This document shows positions 63,601-64,000 of a stretch of DNA of 64,000 nt, piece after piece (the first letter of the stretch is position 1; the number at the start of each line of letters is the position of its first letter). A program made the position numbers and the translations under genes. This stretch comes from Anthoceros angustus (taxonomy: Eukaryota; Plantae; Anthocerotophyta): positions 992,001-1,056,000 of the forward strand of contig MU008155.1 of assembly GCA_010909165.1 (NCBI GenBank). The letters are read 5' to 3'. The notes under the pieces are model-generated. The model searched no databases. It had not been told where the DNA came from and saw only the letters and a list, made by a program, of their open reading frames with translations.

Positions 63601-64000
63601 CCATTCGGTCCGCTCACCATGTTGAGTGGCATTCTCGAGGACCTTCCAAGGCGTCAACCCTTGTCGACCGTCTCGGAATAGCTGCTGTTGGTTCGCCCCT
63701 CTGCATCCTCCAATGCCGGAACTAACTCCTCAACATGCCGCTCACAGTTTCCTCCTCCTCCGAGAATTCCTGCGGGAACAATAGGTGGTATGACCTCACC
63801 GCTGATGTCCTCACCATCACCCTCCTGTGTGGTGATCCTCTCACATTGGTGGATCCGGGACAAAGGTGTCTGGATAAACTCGAGTTGAGGTCCGTAAATA
63901 CCGTGTTTCCGCATGACTTCCAATATTGTTCTCATCGAACACGACATCGAACTTTCATGCATCCGCCCGACGGATCCCACAATCTGTAAGCCTTCGCTCA
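60700..64000. repeat. ~790-bp IN-Cterm/RT-start unit repeated: 60700-61480, 61481-62270, 62271-63059 and ~63410-64000
   Basis: TGTACGGTACCGCCAGCCAGATCC occurs at 61481 and 62271. The middle two units are nearly identical. Confidence 0.85.

Larger units (their letters stand above)
60191..64000 (-). mobile_element. Ty1/copia retrotransposon, internally deleted and multimerised, continues beyond the window
   Basis: RNase H end EMVADIFTKALG (~60490-60570). RT start WALVDLPPG and KARLVARGFTQVKGLDYEE. Integrase AERKNRTI..ARSML (63060-63180). The IN-to-RT order is copia type. Confidence 0.88.

Overview
This is eukaryotic, land-plant-type genomic DNA. Short (60-190 nt) spliceosomal introns suggest a non-seed plant, which is inference only. 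Indel noise is heavy and patchy, as in an unpolished long-read consensus, so most TE reading frames are broken and coordinates are approximate. From left to right: (1) A DUF7869/Sola-like DNA-transposase gene with one intron, split by a 15.8-kb Ty3/gypsy retrotransposon (4168-19933). That element has giant 4.5/5.5-kb LTRs, each carrying an extra ORF, and a tRNA-Asp-type PBS. (2) A small satellite. (3) Three minus-strand GIL1/IRKI(DUF641)-like genes, each followed by unidentified small exons. They are separated by two copies of a TE cassette (CAG-terminal MITE, 5'-truncated RTE-like LINE, GC-rich hairpin array). The middle gene is a chimera of the outer two, marking a ~13-kb tandem duplication. 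(4) An SNM1/DCLRE1-like nuclease gene lacking its 5' exons. (5) A subtilase lacking the catalytic-His region, whose stop codon is supplied by the LTR of (6) an internally multimerised Ty1/copia element. No rRNA, tRNA or CRISPR array was seen.
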